Shown piece by piece: positions 22,675-33,693 of a DNA stretch of 64,000 nucleotides; position 1 is the first letter of the stretch; every line of letters begins with the position of its first letter. Source of the stretch: Vairimorpha necatrix (Eukaryota); assembly GCA_036630325.1 (NCBI GenBank), contig CP142726.1, positions 1,116,001 to 1,180,000 on the forward strand, read 5' to 3'. The position numbers were made by a program, and so were the translations under genes. Below the pieces are notes generated by a model. The model searched no databases. It saw only the letters and a list, made by a program, of their open reading frames with translations, and was not told the DNA's origin.

Positions 22675-23121
22675 ATGACAGAAAAAAATCAAGAGAAAAT
22701 TGAATATTCAAATATTCCATTTTTCATAAAAAATATTTCAGAGAAATGGGATTACAGATCATTATATGATTTCTTTGTCAAATTTGGAAGTTTCAAGTTT
22801 TTTAAGCCCGTTTTCTCATCAGATATGTCTTTTATTAGATTCATCTTTTTGTCTTACAAAGAAGAAAGATCAGTTTACTATCTGCATGAACATTTTAATA
22901 CTAAAAACTTTATTATTGATTTTAGTACCAAGAAGGATTATGAAAGTAGCTCATTTGTAGATACAAGTCTGAAGGCAAAATGTATTGAGTTAAAGAATAA
23001 AATTATGCACCAAATGAATAAGGATTCACAGGAGAAGTCATCAGCCTCTTTATATTTCACTGATAAGAATAAATGGAATGAGAAAGTCGCAGAAATTAAA
23101 GAAATAATAAAGAAATATTGA
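22675..23121 (+). CDS. RRM-domain protein, 148 aa
   Basis: Start at CCCCAAAA-ATG. RNP2-like FFIKNI, LYDFFVKFG, RNP1-like RFIFLSY. Confidence 0.7.
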   Translation: MTEKNQEKIEYSNIPFFIKNISEKWDYRSLYDFFVKFGSFKFFKPVFSSDMSFIRFIFLSYKEERSVYYLHEHFNTKNFIIDFSTKKDYESSSFVDTSLKAKCIELKNKIMHQMNKDSQEKSSASLYFTDKNKWNEKVAEIKEIIKKY

Positions 23122-23264
23122 ATGAAAAGAATACAAAAAAAATAATAATTCATAGAGGAAACATAAGAAAATTAAGCCATGAAAAATACAGAAACAAAGT
23201 AAAACGCGGTTGCATAATTTTTAAACAGAAATTTTTAGTCAGTCAAAAATTATTTCCCCTAAAT

Positions 23265-23543
23265 ATGGCCCATAAATTAGAAGATGAAATGAAACAAAGC
23301 TTGACTGTAGCTTTAGAACCTGTTTTTATTTCTTTTGTAAATTTGTCATATTTGCACGTGGGTCACGACACAATAAAAGACAACACCTCCGAAGAGACGC
23401 ATTTTAAAGTCAAAATAAAATCCAAGAAATTTAATGGATTGAGTCAAGTTATGAGGCAGAAGACGGTCTACAAAATTATTAATTATGCCTTTGATAAAGG
23501 TCTACATGCCTTAGAATTAGACTGTGAATCAGATAATGAATAA
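23265..23543 (+). CDS. BolA-family protein, 92 aa
   Basis: Start at CCCCTAAAT-ATG. NLSYLHVGH, ETHFKVKIKSKKFNGLSQVMRQKTVY, GLHALEL. Confidence 0.88.
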   Translation: MAHKLEDEMKQSLTVALEPVFISFVNLSYLHVGHDTIKDNTSEETHFKVKIKSKKFNGLSQVMRQKTVYKIINYAFDKGLHALELDCESDNE

Positions 23544-23565
23544 ATAAATATTTTCTACCCTTTAA

Positions 23566-24789
23566 ATGCCTTGTAAATTTAATATTGCCATGGTCACTGA
23601 TTATTATTTCCCTTCTACAGGCGGGATTGAAACTCACATTAGACATTTGGCCAAAAATCTCATCCAATTTGGCCATAAGGTCATTGTCATTACACATAGA
23701 CATACAAATATGGAAGAAGCTGAGGAATTCCAAGATATAAAAGTATACAAATTAAATTTGCCCATTGTCGCTTGTAATACTTCATTTCCAAGTTTATATT
23801 CAAATTTTCATATTTTAAAAAAAATATTCGAGATTGAAAATATTGAAATTGTCCATGGCCATGCCACAATGTCAAATTTATGCTTAGAAAGTTTATTTCA
23901 TGCAAGAACCTTAAATTTAAAAACTGTCATGACCGAACATTCAATATTTGAAGAAGGTCCATTTGAAAATGTCATTGTTAATTCTTTCTCAAAATTTATA
24001 TTTAAAACTGTTGATAGGTGCATTTGTGTAAGTAAAACATCTCAAGGAAATTTTATACAAAGAAATTGTCTACCAAAAAATATTGTCAAAGTTATACCAA
24101 ACGCAGTCAAGGCCGAAAATTTTTATCCAAATATAAATAAACCAAAAGGCAAAGTAGTAATCATTTTGTCTAGATTATTTTATAGAAAAGGAATTGATCT
24201 TCTTATTAAAGCTATTCCTTTGATTTGTCAACAAGACAAAGAAATAAAAATTTTGATAGCAGGCGAAGGACCAAAAAGAGATGAAATAGAACAAATTGTC
24301 GATGAGAATCAATTAAGTCATCGTGTCCAAGTTTTTGGAGAAGTAAAACATCAAGACGCTGGGAAATTTCTAAGACAAGGTGACATTTTCTTGAATACTT
24401 CACTTACTGAAACATTTTGCCTGGCCATCTTAGAAGCTTCTATGTGTGGATTACATGTTGTTTCTACAAATGTAGGAGGTATTCATGAAGTTTTACCTAA
24501 AGAATTAATTACATTCGCGAAACCAACACCAGAAGATTTAGCATTAAAAGTTATAGAAAAGGCAGCAGATTACGACAAACAAGAAATTTTGAAAGCTTAT
24601 GAAAAGTTAAAAACAAAATATTCATGGAAAAAAGTGGCACAGCAGACGGTGGAAATTTATAGAGAGATAGAACACAGAAATATGACTATTAGTGATCGGC
24701 TTGGTGAATATAATTCGATTTTTGAACATTTTTTGATTATTTTGGAATATGTCTGGTTTTATGCTATTTCTATTTTTTGCCGAAAATGA
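23566..24789 (+). CDS. SPT14: GPI-GlcNAc transferase catalytic subunit (PIG-A/Gpi3)
   Basis: IAMVTDYYFPSTGGIETHI, GHKVIVITH, SRLFYRKGIDLL, GDIFLNTSLTETFCLAILEASMCGL.VVSTNVGGI.EVLP. Confidence 0.95.
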   Translation: MPCKFNIAMVTDYYFPSTGGIETHIRHLAKNLIQFGHKVIVITHRHTNMEEAEEFQDIKVYKLNLPIVACNTSFPSLYSNFHILKKIFEIENIEIVHGHATMSNLCLESLFHARTLNLKTVMTEHSIFEEGPFENVIVNSFSKFIFKTVDRCICVSKTSQGNFIQRNCLPKNIVKVIPNAVKAENFYPNINKPKGKVVIILSRLFYRKGIDLLIKAIPLICQQDKEIKILIAGEGPKRDEIEQIVDENQLSHRVQVFGEVKHQDAGKFLRQGDIFLNTSLTETFCLAILEASMCGLHVVSTNVGGIHEVLPKELITFAKPTPEDLALKVIEKAADYDKQEILKAYEKLKTKYSWKKVAQQTVEIYREIEHRNMTISDRLGEYNSIFEHFLIILEYVWFYAISIFCRK

Positions 24790-24852
24790 GTTTGTTTGTT
24801 AAAACCAACAAACTCATTTTTAAAAGTATAAAAGAGCATAAATTTTCATATT

Positions 24853-25593
24853 ATGCATATACTTTTATATTTGTTAAAAATTATAAGTGTTACACTACCA
24901 AGTACATGCTCGAATGCCGGACTCATAGCATTGACATTTGACGAAGGACCCACTTCTAACACAGAGAACATCTTAGACTTATGCCAGGAAAAGGACATTC
25001 TAGTTACTTTCCATTTTACAGTTCATATGTTGTCTTCTGGGAAATATAGAAATGTTTACAAAAGAGCTATAGAAGAAGGACACACAGTCGGATTAAGAAC
25101 GACGCCCACTAGAAATTATGATGAGATGGAGCCTGATGTAATAAATAGTGATATCAACAAACAAATAGAAGCTATAAATAAAGTCACTGGGTCGGATATT
25201 AAATTTGCCAGATCTCCAGTTTCAGACGGAGATGTGAATCCTGAAATTTACAATACATTTGTGCAGAATAATATTATACAGACTTATTATAATTATGGAT
25301 ATCCTGAAGACAATAAAACACCAGAAGATTTCGAATTTACAATTTCTACAGCGAGTCCACAGATTGACTCTTTTATTGTGACTTTATATGAAAATGTAGA
25401 TTTGGATGAATTAGAAGAATTAATCGACATAGGACAGAAAAATGGATATGAATTTGTAAACATGGATCAATGTTTAGGAGATTATGAACCAGACCCGGCA
25501 GATGTACAAGGGGGAAGGTATAAAAAGAAAAATGGAGAAGTATGTGAAATATTCATGCTTCCATTTATTACACTGATTTATTATATAATATAA
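24853..25593 (+). CDS. Polysaccharide (chitin) deacetylase-like protein, CE4/NodB fold, probably GPI-anchored or membrane-tethered
   Basis: Signal peptide, IALTFDEGP, EEGHTVG, KFARSP, hydrophobic C-terminal tail. Confidence 0.88.
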   Translation: MHILLYLLKIISVTLPSTCSNAGLIALTFDEGPTSNTENILDLCQEKDILVTFHFTVHMLSSGKYRNVYKRAIEEGHTVGLRTTPTRNYDEMEPDVINSDINKQIEAINKVTGSDIKFARSPVSDGDVNPEIYNTFVQNNIIQTYYNYGYPEDNKTPEDFEFTISTASPQIDSFIVTLYENVDLDELEELIDIGQKNGYEFVNMDQCLGDYEPDPADVQGGRYKKKNGEVCEIFMLPFITLIYYII

Positions 25594-25740
25594 ATAAAGA
25601 ATTAATCTACGGAGATAAAAATTTGTAAAATATATTATAATTTTGTTATATTTATAACAAACAAAGTTATTTGCACATTCAAAACAAAGTAGTTTTTTAG
25701 GGAAAACTTTATCTTAAAACAAAAAAAATTTAACCCCTAA

Positions 25741-25894
25741 GGAACGGAAGAACAGCGTTGGAGTTTTACTCTATGGAAAGTCCTCGGAACCCCCAGCTGA
25801 AATAGCACCTTAATCGGCTTCTTTCTTCGTTTAAATAGTTTAATGCTGTTAGGTATTGTTCTACCCAACTGAATGAGGCTTACTCTCCAGTTCC
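25741..25894 (+). ncRNA. RNase MRP RNA, minimal (~154 nt)
   Basis: P1 GGAACGGA/TCCAGTTCC; P2 AACAGCGTT (25751-25759) with AATGCTGTT (25842-25850); P3 hairpin GAGT-TTT-ACTC; CR-I GGAAAGTCCTC (25775-25785) pairing with GAGGCTT (25875-25881) as P4; P8 GCT-GAAAT-AGC; CR-IV ATAGTT; P19 GGTA..TACC; CR-V ACTGAATGAGGCTTACTC. CCCC upstream, T-run downstream. Confidence 0.88.
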
Positions 25895-26339
25895 TTTTTT
25901 GTTTTAATTTTTTATATTAAATATCGTCCTACACATGGCAGTGAAATTAAAGCCACGCGTCAAAAATGGTACATGTTTCAGATCTGAATACTGCTTGGTT
26001 TTAATAATTTGACAGTTATTCAAGTTTTGTCTCTATTTGGCCGAGGACAAAAAAGATTAATAAAAAGACTGTGTGTCTCTAAATTAATTTAAGAAGTTAA
26101 GAATTTGTAGTGTATTTCTTCTGTGCTTTACTTTGTATTTTGAATTTTATGGTAGTGTAAAATTCGTTTATAAATCTTTGTTATTCTAAATATACTTTTT
26201 ATGAAAAGTTGCATAATTAGTCACAGTAAAAATGGATACATCACAAATCAATCAGTGAACTTTTCTTCTATTAATTGAGATGTGTGATATAATTGACAAA
26301 ATAGACTTCTATATATATGGAATATATAAATATATAAGG

Positions 26340-28269
26340 TTTTATTGAGTTAATTTATCATTAAGTTTAGATATTCTTAGACCAGCTTTCCCCGGTATCG
26401 CTCATTGGATTCAGCTCTTCACAGACTTTGGTTTCTGTGGAATTATTTATGTTTTTCAGCTTCATTCCCCTTTCCGACACCACTTTTTTGACAGTCGCCA
26501 TATTCGCTAGTGCGCTTGCAGCTCTAGCCACTTCTTCTTCTCCTGCATCCTCCTTATCGTATCCTCGTCGTAGTTCCAAAGAGATGGACTCTAGAGTCTT
26601 CTTCATCACAATAGACTGGATGTATGCTTCAAGGCAGGGTTGGATTTCCTGCTCCCTGTTGTACTTTCTGTGATATTTGGTTACCACTCCATCCCATGTC
26701 AATTTATAAGGAACTATTCTTGTCTGGGATTATTGTATTAGTCCCAGTTCATTTGCAAAAGTTCATATTTCCTTAGTTTTTTATTCTCGACTATAGTCAG
26801 TCGATCCTGGTTGGTTATACCAACTGCAACTATTAAAATTTCTTTCCTCTTCTTGTCAAATACAAGAATATCGGGCTTATTATGGGTCACCTTTATATTA
26901 GTGGATATTCTCGTATCTACTCTTATTTTTTCACGACCATTTTCCATGATCCCTTGTACTGAGTGTCCACGTATCTTCTTTGTCTTCATAACCCTCATAT
27001 TTAATACATAGTAAATGATGAATGCATCTAACTACCTCGTTGTATCTTTTCATATAATCAAACCCCAACAGTTGATCACACTTGGTAGCTTAATGATCCA
27101 CGGTCTTCCTATGAGATCCTCAATGAGGACATTGTCCCTCTTATCCACAGAAAATATTTCTTTCCTGTAAGAAGCATAAGTTGCTTTGGATCTAGTCTGT
27201 TGTTTCCTTTAACCAGCCAGGTAGAAGAGTCCTTGATGCTCACTAAATCATTGTCCCTAGCTTTAAACAACTTTCCATGGTTTGTCCTTATATCAATTTT
27301 GTAGTAAAGCGCTTTTTTTGAAAATCTATTAGCATCTTCTGGGTTATCTCTCCTACAAAGCTATACCCAATCCATAGATACTCGTTAATTGTAAACAAGT
27401 GGGATTTGCTCTCTGCCTCTACTTTAAGTATCGCTGCCCGTCTTAGTGAGCTATTTCTAGACCCATCTAATGTTTTATAAATATTCAGAAGCATGCTTTC
27501 GCTTCTATCTTCGATACTTATGAGGCCTCTACCCATTATGGATCTAGAAAGGTATGATCTTTCCTTGCAGGCTGGCCGTAGATGGACCTTATACTTGATA
27601 AGTACCTGTCAGATATCAAAATCGAGACTTTGGAAATCTATTGGTTCTAATTTTAATAATCCTACATGATAGTTTATTACTAATATTGCATGCTCGTTTA
27701 TAGCTCGAATCATATTTTTACCATTTAATTGAGTCTTGCACAGTTTTTCAACCCTCTGTAGGATCTCATTTCTTACATTTTCAAAAGTCTTTCTTCTGAC
27801 AGCGCTAGAGCCATCCTCTGTTATTCCAAGGTATTTGTATCCTTGATGCCCTTCTATTACTACTTAATCTTCGCTACAATCAATACAGTTAGTCGCAGAC
27901 TTACTTTTGTTCATTTCTTAACCTACAGCCGAGAAACCCTTTTGTGTTTTCTCATTCATCAGTTTTAAAACGACATCGTTCTCTGCGAGGAGCTTAAGAT
28001 TATCAATAAATAGAAGATGGTTTGTTACATAATACTTCGTGGGTCTGTATTCCTACTTTTGGGTAAAATGAATTCAGTTTCCTGCTCAGCGGGTCCATAC
28101 ATAGTACAAACAAAAGCGGCGACAAGGAATCACCTTGTAGTATGCCCTTTTCAATCTTCTTATTCAGTATCGTCTCCCATCCTGATTTTATCTGAATGTA
28201 CCACCTTTTAACCGTGGCTTCTAAGGATTTACTAATCCAATGAAAGAGATTAAAGTTGCCGATACACAT
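26340..28269 (-). mobile_element. 5'-truncated, decayed non-LTR retrotransposon (R4/Dong-like: RT + CCHC + restriction-like endonuclease)
   Basis: GILQGDSLSPLLFVLCMDPLSR; NHLLFIDNLKL (catalytic DD changed to DN); YKYLG; YLSR..GRGL; remnant C..C..TVDH.ATKC; NKPDILVFDK...VGIT...KLRKY. Many stops and frameshifts. Confidence 0.9.
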
Positions 28270-31200
28270 TAATTAATAATAATAGTTATATATATATATA
28301 TATGTCTCATATTTAAATTTTTTTAGAAATGTTTTTTATTAATTATCACTATAAATAATTATTAATTACAATTTTTTGTGTGTTTATGTCTTCATTTTTT
28401 TTTGAGTTAAATTTTCAAGAGTAAATCAAGCTAATTCTTAAATTGTTATCCGGCTATGGAATTTAATCTTCCATCAAATCCGTACTTGAAAGTTTGACAT
28501 TTACGTAATTCATTGTATATATTTGTGGTATATTTATGATATAAATACTTTTACACGCTGTAATGATTCGTTTTTATGCCTACAATATTTATAAAATAAG
28601 TCTACATCGACTTTTTACGCCTATCTTTGTCAATATTCCAGATCTATTAGGTAAACTTCTCATAATTTTGGATATCATTTAAGACAAATCTATAATGCTT
28701 CGATCTGTGCCTTAAAACGTATGAGATATTATTTAATAAAAGAGACAACCACGATCAATTTATTACTATAATCTGGCGTGTTAAAAACGCTTGTGATAAA
28801 CGTAAATTACAAATGCACTATCAAAAACGTGATTATTAATTACTATTTTTTCTTGTTAATACATGCTATAAAAGCATTGAATCAAACCAAAAATAGCATT
28901 TTAAATAGTTGTCCTGCCATGTTTGAGTTCCTAAACACTTGCAATCGTTAAAATAATTATTAACAATTAACACCGCAGCTTAAAATGCAGTTGTGTACTT
29001 GCTAAAAATACTAACCGATCTTATTGAACATATCAATAGGTTAGTTGACATCGAAACTATTGCTTCTATTATAGTTAAGAAGCACAATAAAACCTTAAGA
29101 TTTTTTTCGCAACAGAAACAAGGCAATACCTTTTACACTACGGATCCAGAATGCAAAAATATAGTTAATTATGAAAACGATTTAATAAATCTTTCTTGAT
29201 CTATCTGTCGAGAAATATGTTAAAGCTTGTAAAACATTAAAAAGCCCTTTTTAATATATCTGAGAATAATTCCTTGGACCAAAGCATACAAAAACAATAG
29301 ATCCTTTCGGAAATCGGCAGTTCCCCATCAAAACATAGTTTTCATGGGTTAAACTGTCGTTAACGCCACACGACACGAAGTTATAGATGTTTAGCAAAAT
29401 TACTGATGCATTTGATAACTATCTAGTAAATTGCTCTAAATATTAGCTTCGTGGTGATATTGTCGCGAATAAATTGTTTGCATTTTATTTTAAGCCTGAT
29501 GCATACAACTTTGAAATTTGACAAGATTTTTGTTTATTTTTTTTGATCCAAAAAAACTATATATCAGAAATGACTAATTTTCGTCATGCGCGTATGTCTT
29601 TACAGAAAAAAAAATTCGAGCTATCTGTAGGAAGTACTACACGTGTCAAATATATAGTGTCATTGTTTTAATTATTTAACACTGTGCTTATTTAAATATT
29701 TTAGAATAAATAAACCCATGTTTTCATTCCAACACCATCAATCACAAATTTCTATGTTTATAGTACTACAGATAAATTTTTTTTCAAAGCTTAATGCACG
29801 AGTTGTCTTTTGACAGACTTTGCATTTTAAGCGTGTCTTGAATGATTAAATTTTAACTATAAATGATCTTATTTGTCGGTAATGTTGAATAGTGGGATGG
29901 TTACAATCACGTTCCAAAGAAAACTTTTTTAGTAATATTTTTACATATAGAAAACCATAGCACTATAGATTTTCAAACATTATAAAATTGATCAAAATCT
30001 TTATAACATCTAAAAGTTGTCGTATTTTTGATCTCATAGAATTTTATAATATAAATGCACTAATTATACTTAATACTATGCATTGTATTTCTTATAATAT
30101 ATTAGCTTAATAATGTCATAAACTTTAAAAAGAAACATCTATAACCTATTTAGAGGAATTGTGCCAGTGGCAAGAAGACATTCGATAATGCTACGGTTGT
30201 AAATTCTCAGGATAGGTGTAGATGTCCTTGAATATTGTTTATGGTCGATGGCGTCATAGTCCTGAGCTGGAGAGCGGCTGAACAATTATAAGGCATTGTG
30301 TTTAGTTATAAATTTCGTTATTTATATTTATAGGTAACCAATAGAAGTTTGTGTTATAAAATGGTCTACTAACTGAGAGAGGTGCTTGAGATGTATGGGA
30401 TTAGATTGGCGTTTCATCATTAATTAATCATCTTGAAACATGTGGTATTGAATATCATATCTAATCTTTTAGAAAAAGTTCAAGACGGCTTTATACAAAC
30501 ATGTCTTTACTGATCGTGCTAGGCATTTAATGTTAAAAATTAATTATGCTTCAATCAAATAAACTGTTTTATAAAAAAAATTAATATTATTATATGAGAT
30601 AGTTCTCTCATTGAAATTATCAGCATAAAAAGAACTTCCTCTTTGTTTTATACCTAATTTTCTTATTATGCTTTATATGACATGTTTAAAAGTACTATAG
30701 CAATATTCAAATTTGTTTGAAAAATATTTCAAAATATGGTAAAGTCTCTTTTCAAAGACATCCTTGTTATACAAAGTACTTCCTTAAATTAAAAATAAAT
30801 TCTTGACTAAATATTAATTGTAATCAATTATGTCAGACGATGCTTCAAATCTCATTACTATCTTCTAAACATAATATAAGTGTGGTAAGCATCTAATATT
30901 TTTGTAAATAAGATATAGAATTGTGTCTAGTAGAAATATTATCTAGCTAATCTTGTATGTATAGTGATAGGGTATCTCATTAATGAATATTGGTTTTTAA
31001 TCAACTTATAAAATCTTTAAAAATTTTATCGAGCAAAATATTTAAGGCTTTATTTCTCTTACTTTTTCCAAAGAGAACATTTCTTCTCAAAATGGTGCAC
31101 AGGAAGTCTATAGATCTTTATGAATTCTTGATATGTCTTAGTGTCATGTATTAAGACATTTTTTTATTTGCTAAATTTTTATTAGCCATTTTTTCTTTGC

Positions 31201-31271
31201 TCATCCTTGTCGGCATAAATTTATGCTTAATTTTTTAAAATGCAAACTAAATAAATTGTTGGAATTATATT

Positions 31272-31533
31272 TATTAAATTTTTCTCAGTATGCTTTATAA
31301 TATAGATATAATTTTTTTGTTTAAATTATAGAATTCATTGTTATAAATTTTCTTGCTATTCCTAAAACATCAAGCACATTATGTAATTTATATTAATTAA
31401 ATTTATCTCAGTATGCTTTATAATATAGATATAATTTCTTTTTTAATTATAGAATTCATTATTACTAAACTTTCTTGCTAATTTCTAAAACATCAAGCAC
31501 ATTATGTAATTTATATTAATTAAATTTATCTCA
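31272..31533. repeat. Tandem duplication of a ~122-bp unit (two copies plus a partial third)
   Basis: TCTCAGTATGCTTTATAATATAGATATAAT...CTAAAACATCAAGCACATTATGTAATTTATATTAATTAAATTTA occurs twice. Confidence 0.85.
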
Positions 31534-31915
31534 AGTTTCTTGTCAATTTAATTAAGTTTCCGTAGATTTTAAATGATTTTTAACATTGATAAGATGATTA
31601 AGCATTCGTCATTAATATTCTTTTAATAATTAATATAATTATTCTTCTTATTATCAAAATAAATATTTTTTAGAAAAAATAAAGACACAAATAATTTCTG
31701 ATTTCTAATTTTATTGAATATTTTAATGAATTAATTATTAATAAATTTTTTATTAATTTCAAGATTTTGTTTGTTTGATTAAATTAAATGATAAGTTTTT
31801 AATTGAAATATTTGAAATGCTAAGTTGTTCTTCTCTGAGCAGAAAATAAGATTTTCTAGTAATTTTTTTTTTTAAAAAAAAACTATAAAAATAGTTATTT
31901 TTCTTTACCCCCAAA

Positions 31916-33535
31916 ATGAAACATATTGTTGTAACAGGAGGTGTAGTTTCTGGTATTGGCAAGGGTGTTTTTTCTAGTAGTATTGGGACAATATTAAAAT
32001 CTAAAGGACACAATGTTGCTCATATAAAAATAGATCCATATCTAAATTTCTCTGCTGGAATGATGGCGCCATCAGAACATGGAGAAGTTTATGTTTTGAA
32101 TGATGGGACAGAAACAGATTTAGACTTGGGAAATTATGAAAGATTTCAAGGAATAGAACTTAAATCTGAAAATGCAATTACGGGTGGTAAAATTTTTTAT
32201 GATGTCATAAATAAAGAGAAAAATGGTGGATATGGTGGAAAAACACTACAAATAAATCCAAATTGTGTTGATGAAATTATAAATCAAATTAATAAAGTTT
32301 CGTCTTCTGAATTTGTTGACGAAATAAATAAAATTAAATTTGTGCCAGACGTGGTTATTATTGAATTAGGCGGGACTGTAGGAGATCACGAGTCAATTAT
32401 GTTTTTAGAAGCTTTGTATAAATTAAAGACTTCTCTTCCTAAAGAAGATCTCATTTTTATTTCTGTGGACTTTTTAGTCGAGCTTCGTGGGGTTGAACAC
32501 AAAACAAGGCCTTTACAAATTTCTACAAGAAATTTGAGATCTTATGGCTTGTCAAGTGATATTATCATTTGTAGAGGGCAAAATGAAATGAGTCCAGAAA
32601 TTATTTCTAAAATTTCTACTAAATGTTCAGTGGACGAAGATTCTATCATTTTATTACCAACTTTATCTTCTGTTTACAAAGTTCCGTCATTTTTGAACTC
32701 TAAGGGATTTTTTAATGTTTTGTCTAAAAAATTAAATATTAAAGAAAAAGAATCCACGGATTTCTACTTCTCAAGACTAGAAAGACTAGCTAAAAGAAAA
32801 GAGAAAGAAGTTAATATTGGGATTATTGCTAAATATGGCTGCCAGGCCGACTCTTACGCGAGTGTAGTCCATTCGATAAATTTCTCAGCCAACGAAGTTG
32901 GCGTTCATGCTGAAATAATTTGGATCGACTCCGAAAAATTAGAAAAAGACGACGAAAAAGAAATCGAAAATTTGAAATCTTGTGAAGGAATTATAGTCCC
33001 AGGTGGATTTGGTTCCAGAGGCACAGAAGGGAAAATTAATGCTATCAAATATTGTAGAGAAAATGGAATACCTTTCCTTGGGATTTGTCTTGGTATGCAA
33101 TTGTCAGTCATAGAATTTGCGAGAAATGTTCTTGGGCTAGAAAACCCAACATCTGAAGAATTTAATTGTAAGTCAGAAACTCAAGTCATAAAATATCTCA
33201 ATTTAAATGGAGTAGCCTCTAAAACATTGAGACTTGGAGCCAATAAAATTATTCTGGCAGAAAATTCCAAAATTTCTTCAATTTACCAAGATCGCGTGAT
33301 TTCTGAGCGCCATAGGCACAGATTTGGAATTGCGACTAAATATTTAGAAGAATTTGAAAATAAAGGATATGTTTGTTCTGGTAAATCAGAATGCGATAAT
33401 GTAGCAGAAATATTTGAACTACAATCTCATAGGTTTTTTATTGGTGTTCAGTACCATCCAGAATTTAATGCTAAGCCTTATTGTCCGTCTAAACTTTTGA
33501 CAGCTTTTATTAAAGCGTCAACAGAAAAACTTTAA
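31916..33535 (+). CDS. URA7: CTP synthase
   Basis: VTGGVVSGIGKG, KIDPYLN, HGEVYV, DLDLGNYERF, VPGGFG, GICLGMQ, ERHRHR, GVQYHPEF. Confidence 0.97.
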   Translation: MKHIVVTGGVVSGIGKGVFSSSIGTILKSKGHNVAHIKIDPYLNFSAGMMAPSEHGEVYVLNDGTETDLDLGNYERFQGIELKSENAITGGKIFYDVINKEKNGGYGGKTLQINPNCVDEIINQINKVSSSEFVDEINKIKFVPDVVIIELGGTVGDHESIMFLEALYKLKTSLPKEDLIFISVDFLVELRGVEHKTRPLQISTRNLRSYGLSSDIIICRGQNEMSPEIISKISTKCSVDEDSIILLPTLSSVYKVPSFLNSKGFFNVLSKKLNIKEKESTDFYFSRLERLAKRKEKEVNIGIIAKYGCQADSYASVVHSINFSANEVGVHAEIIWIDSEKLEKDDEKEIENLKSCEGIIVPGGFGSRGTEGKINAIKYCRENGIPFLGICLGMQLSVIEFARNVLGLENPTSEEFNCKSETQVIKYLNLNGVASKTLRLGANKIILAENSKISSIYQDRVISERHRHRFGIATKYLEEFENKGYVCSGKSECDNVAEIFELQSHRFFIGVQYHPEFNAKPYCPSKLLTAFIKASTEKL

Positions 33536-33693
33536 AAAAAATTTAAAAAAAAAATATTAAAATATTTTACATGGAAAATTTTATTTAATAATTAAGAAAT
33601 TACATTTTACTAAAATTTATTAACAAATCTTTTATTTATTAAAAGTTTTAAATTTATTAACAAATCTTTATTTATTAAAAGTTTAAAATTTAT

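Noticed and set aside
31916-33535. Bacterial origin of CTP synthase
   Set aside because: The N-terminus SGIGKG looks eukaryotic-type; transfer cannot be argued without a phylogeny.
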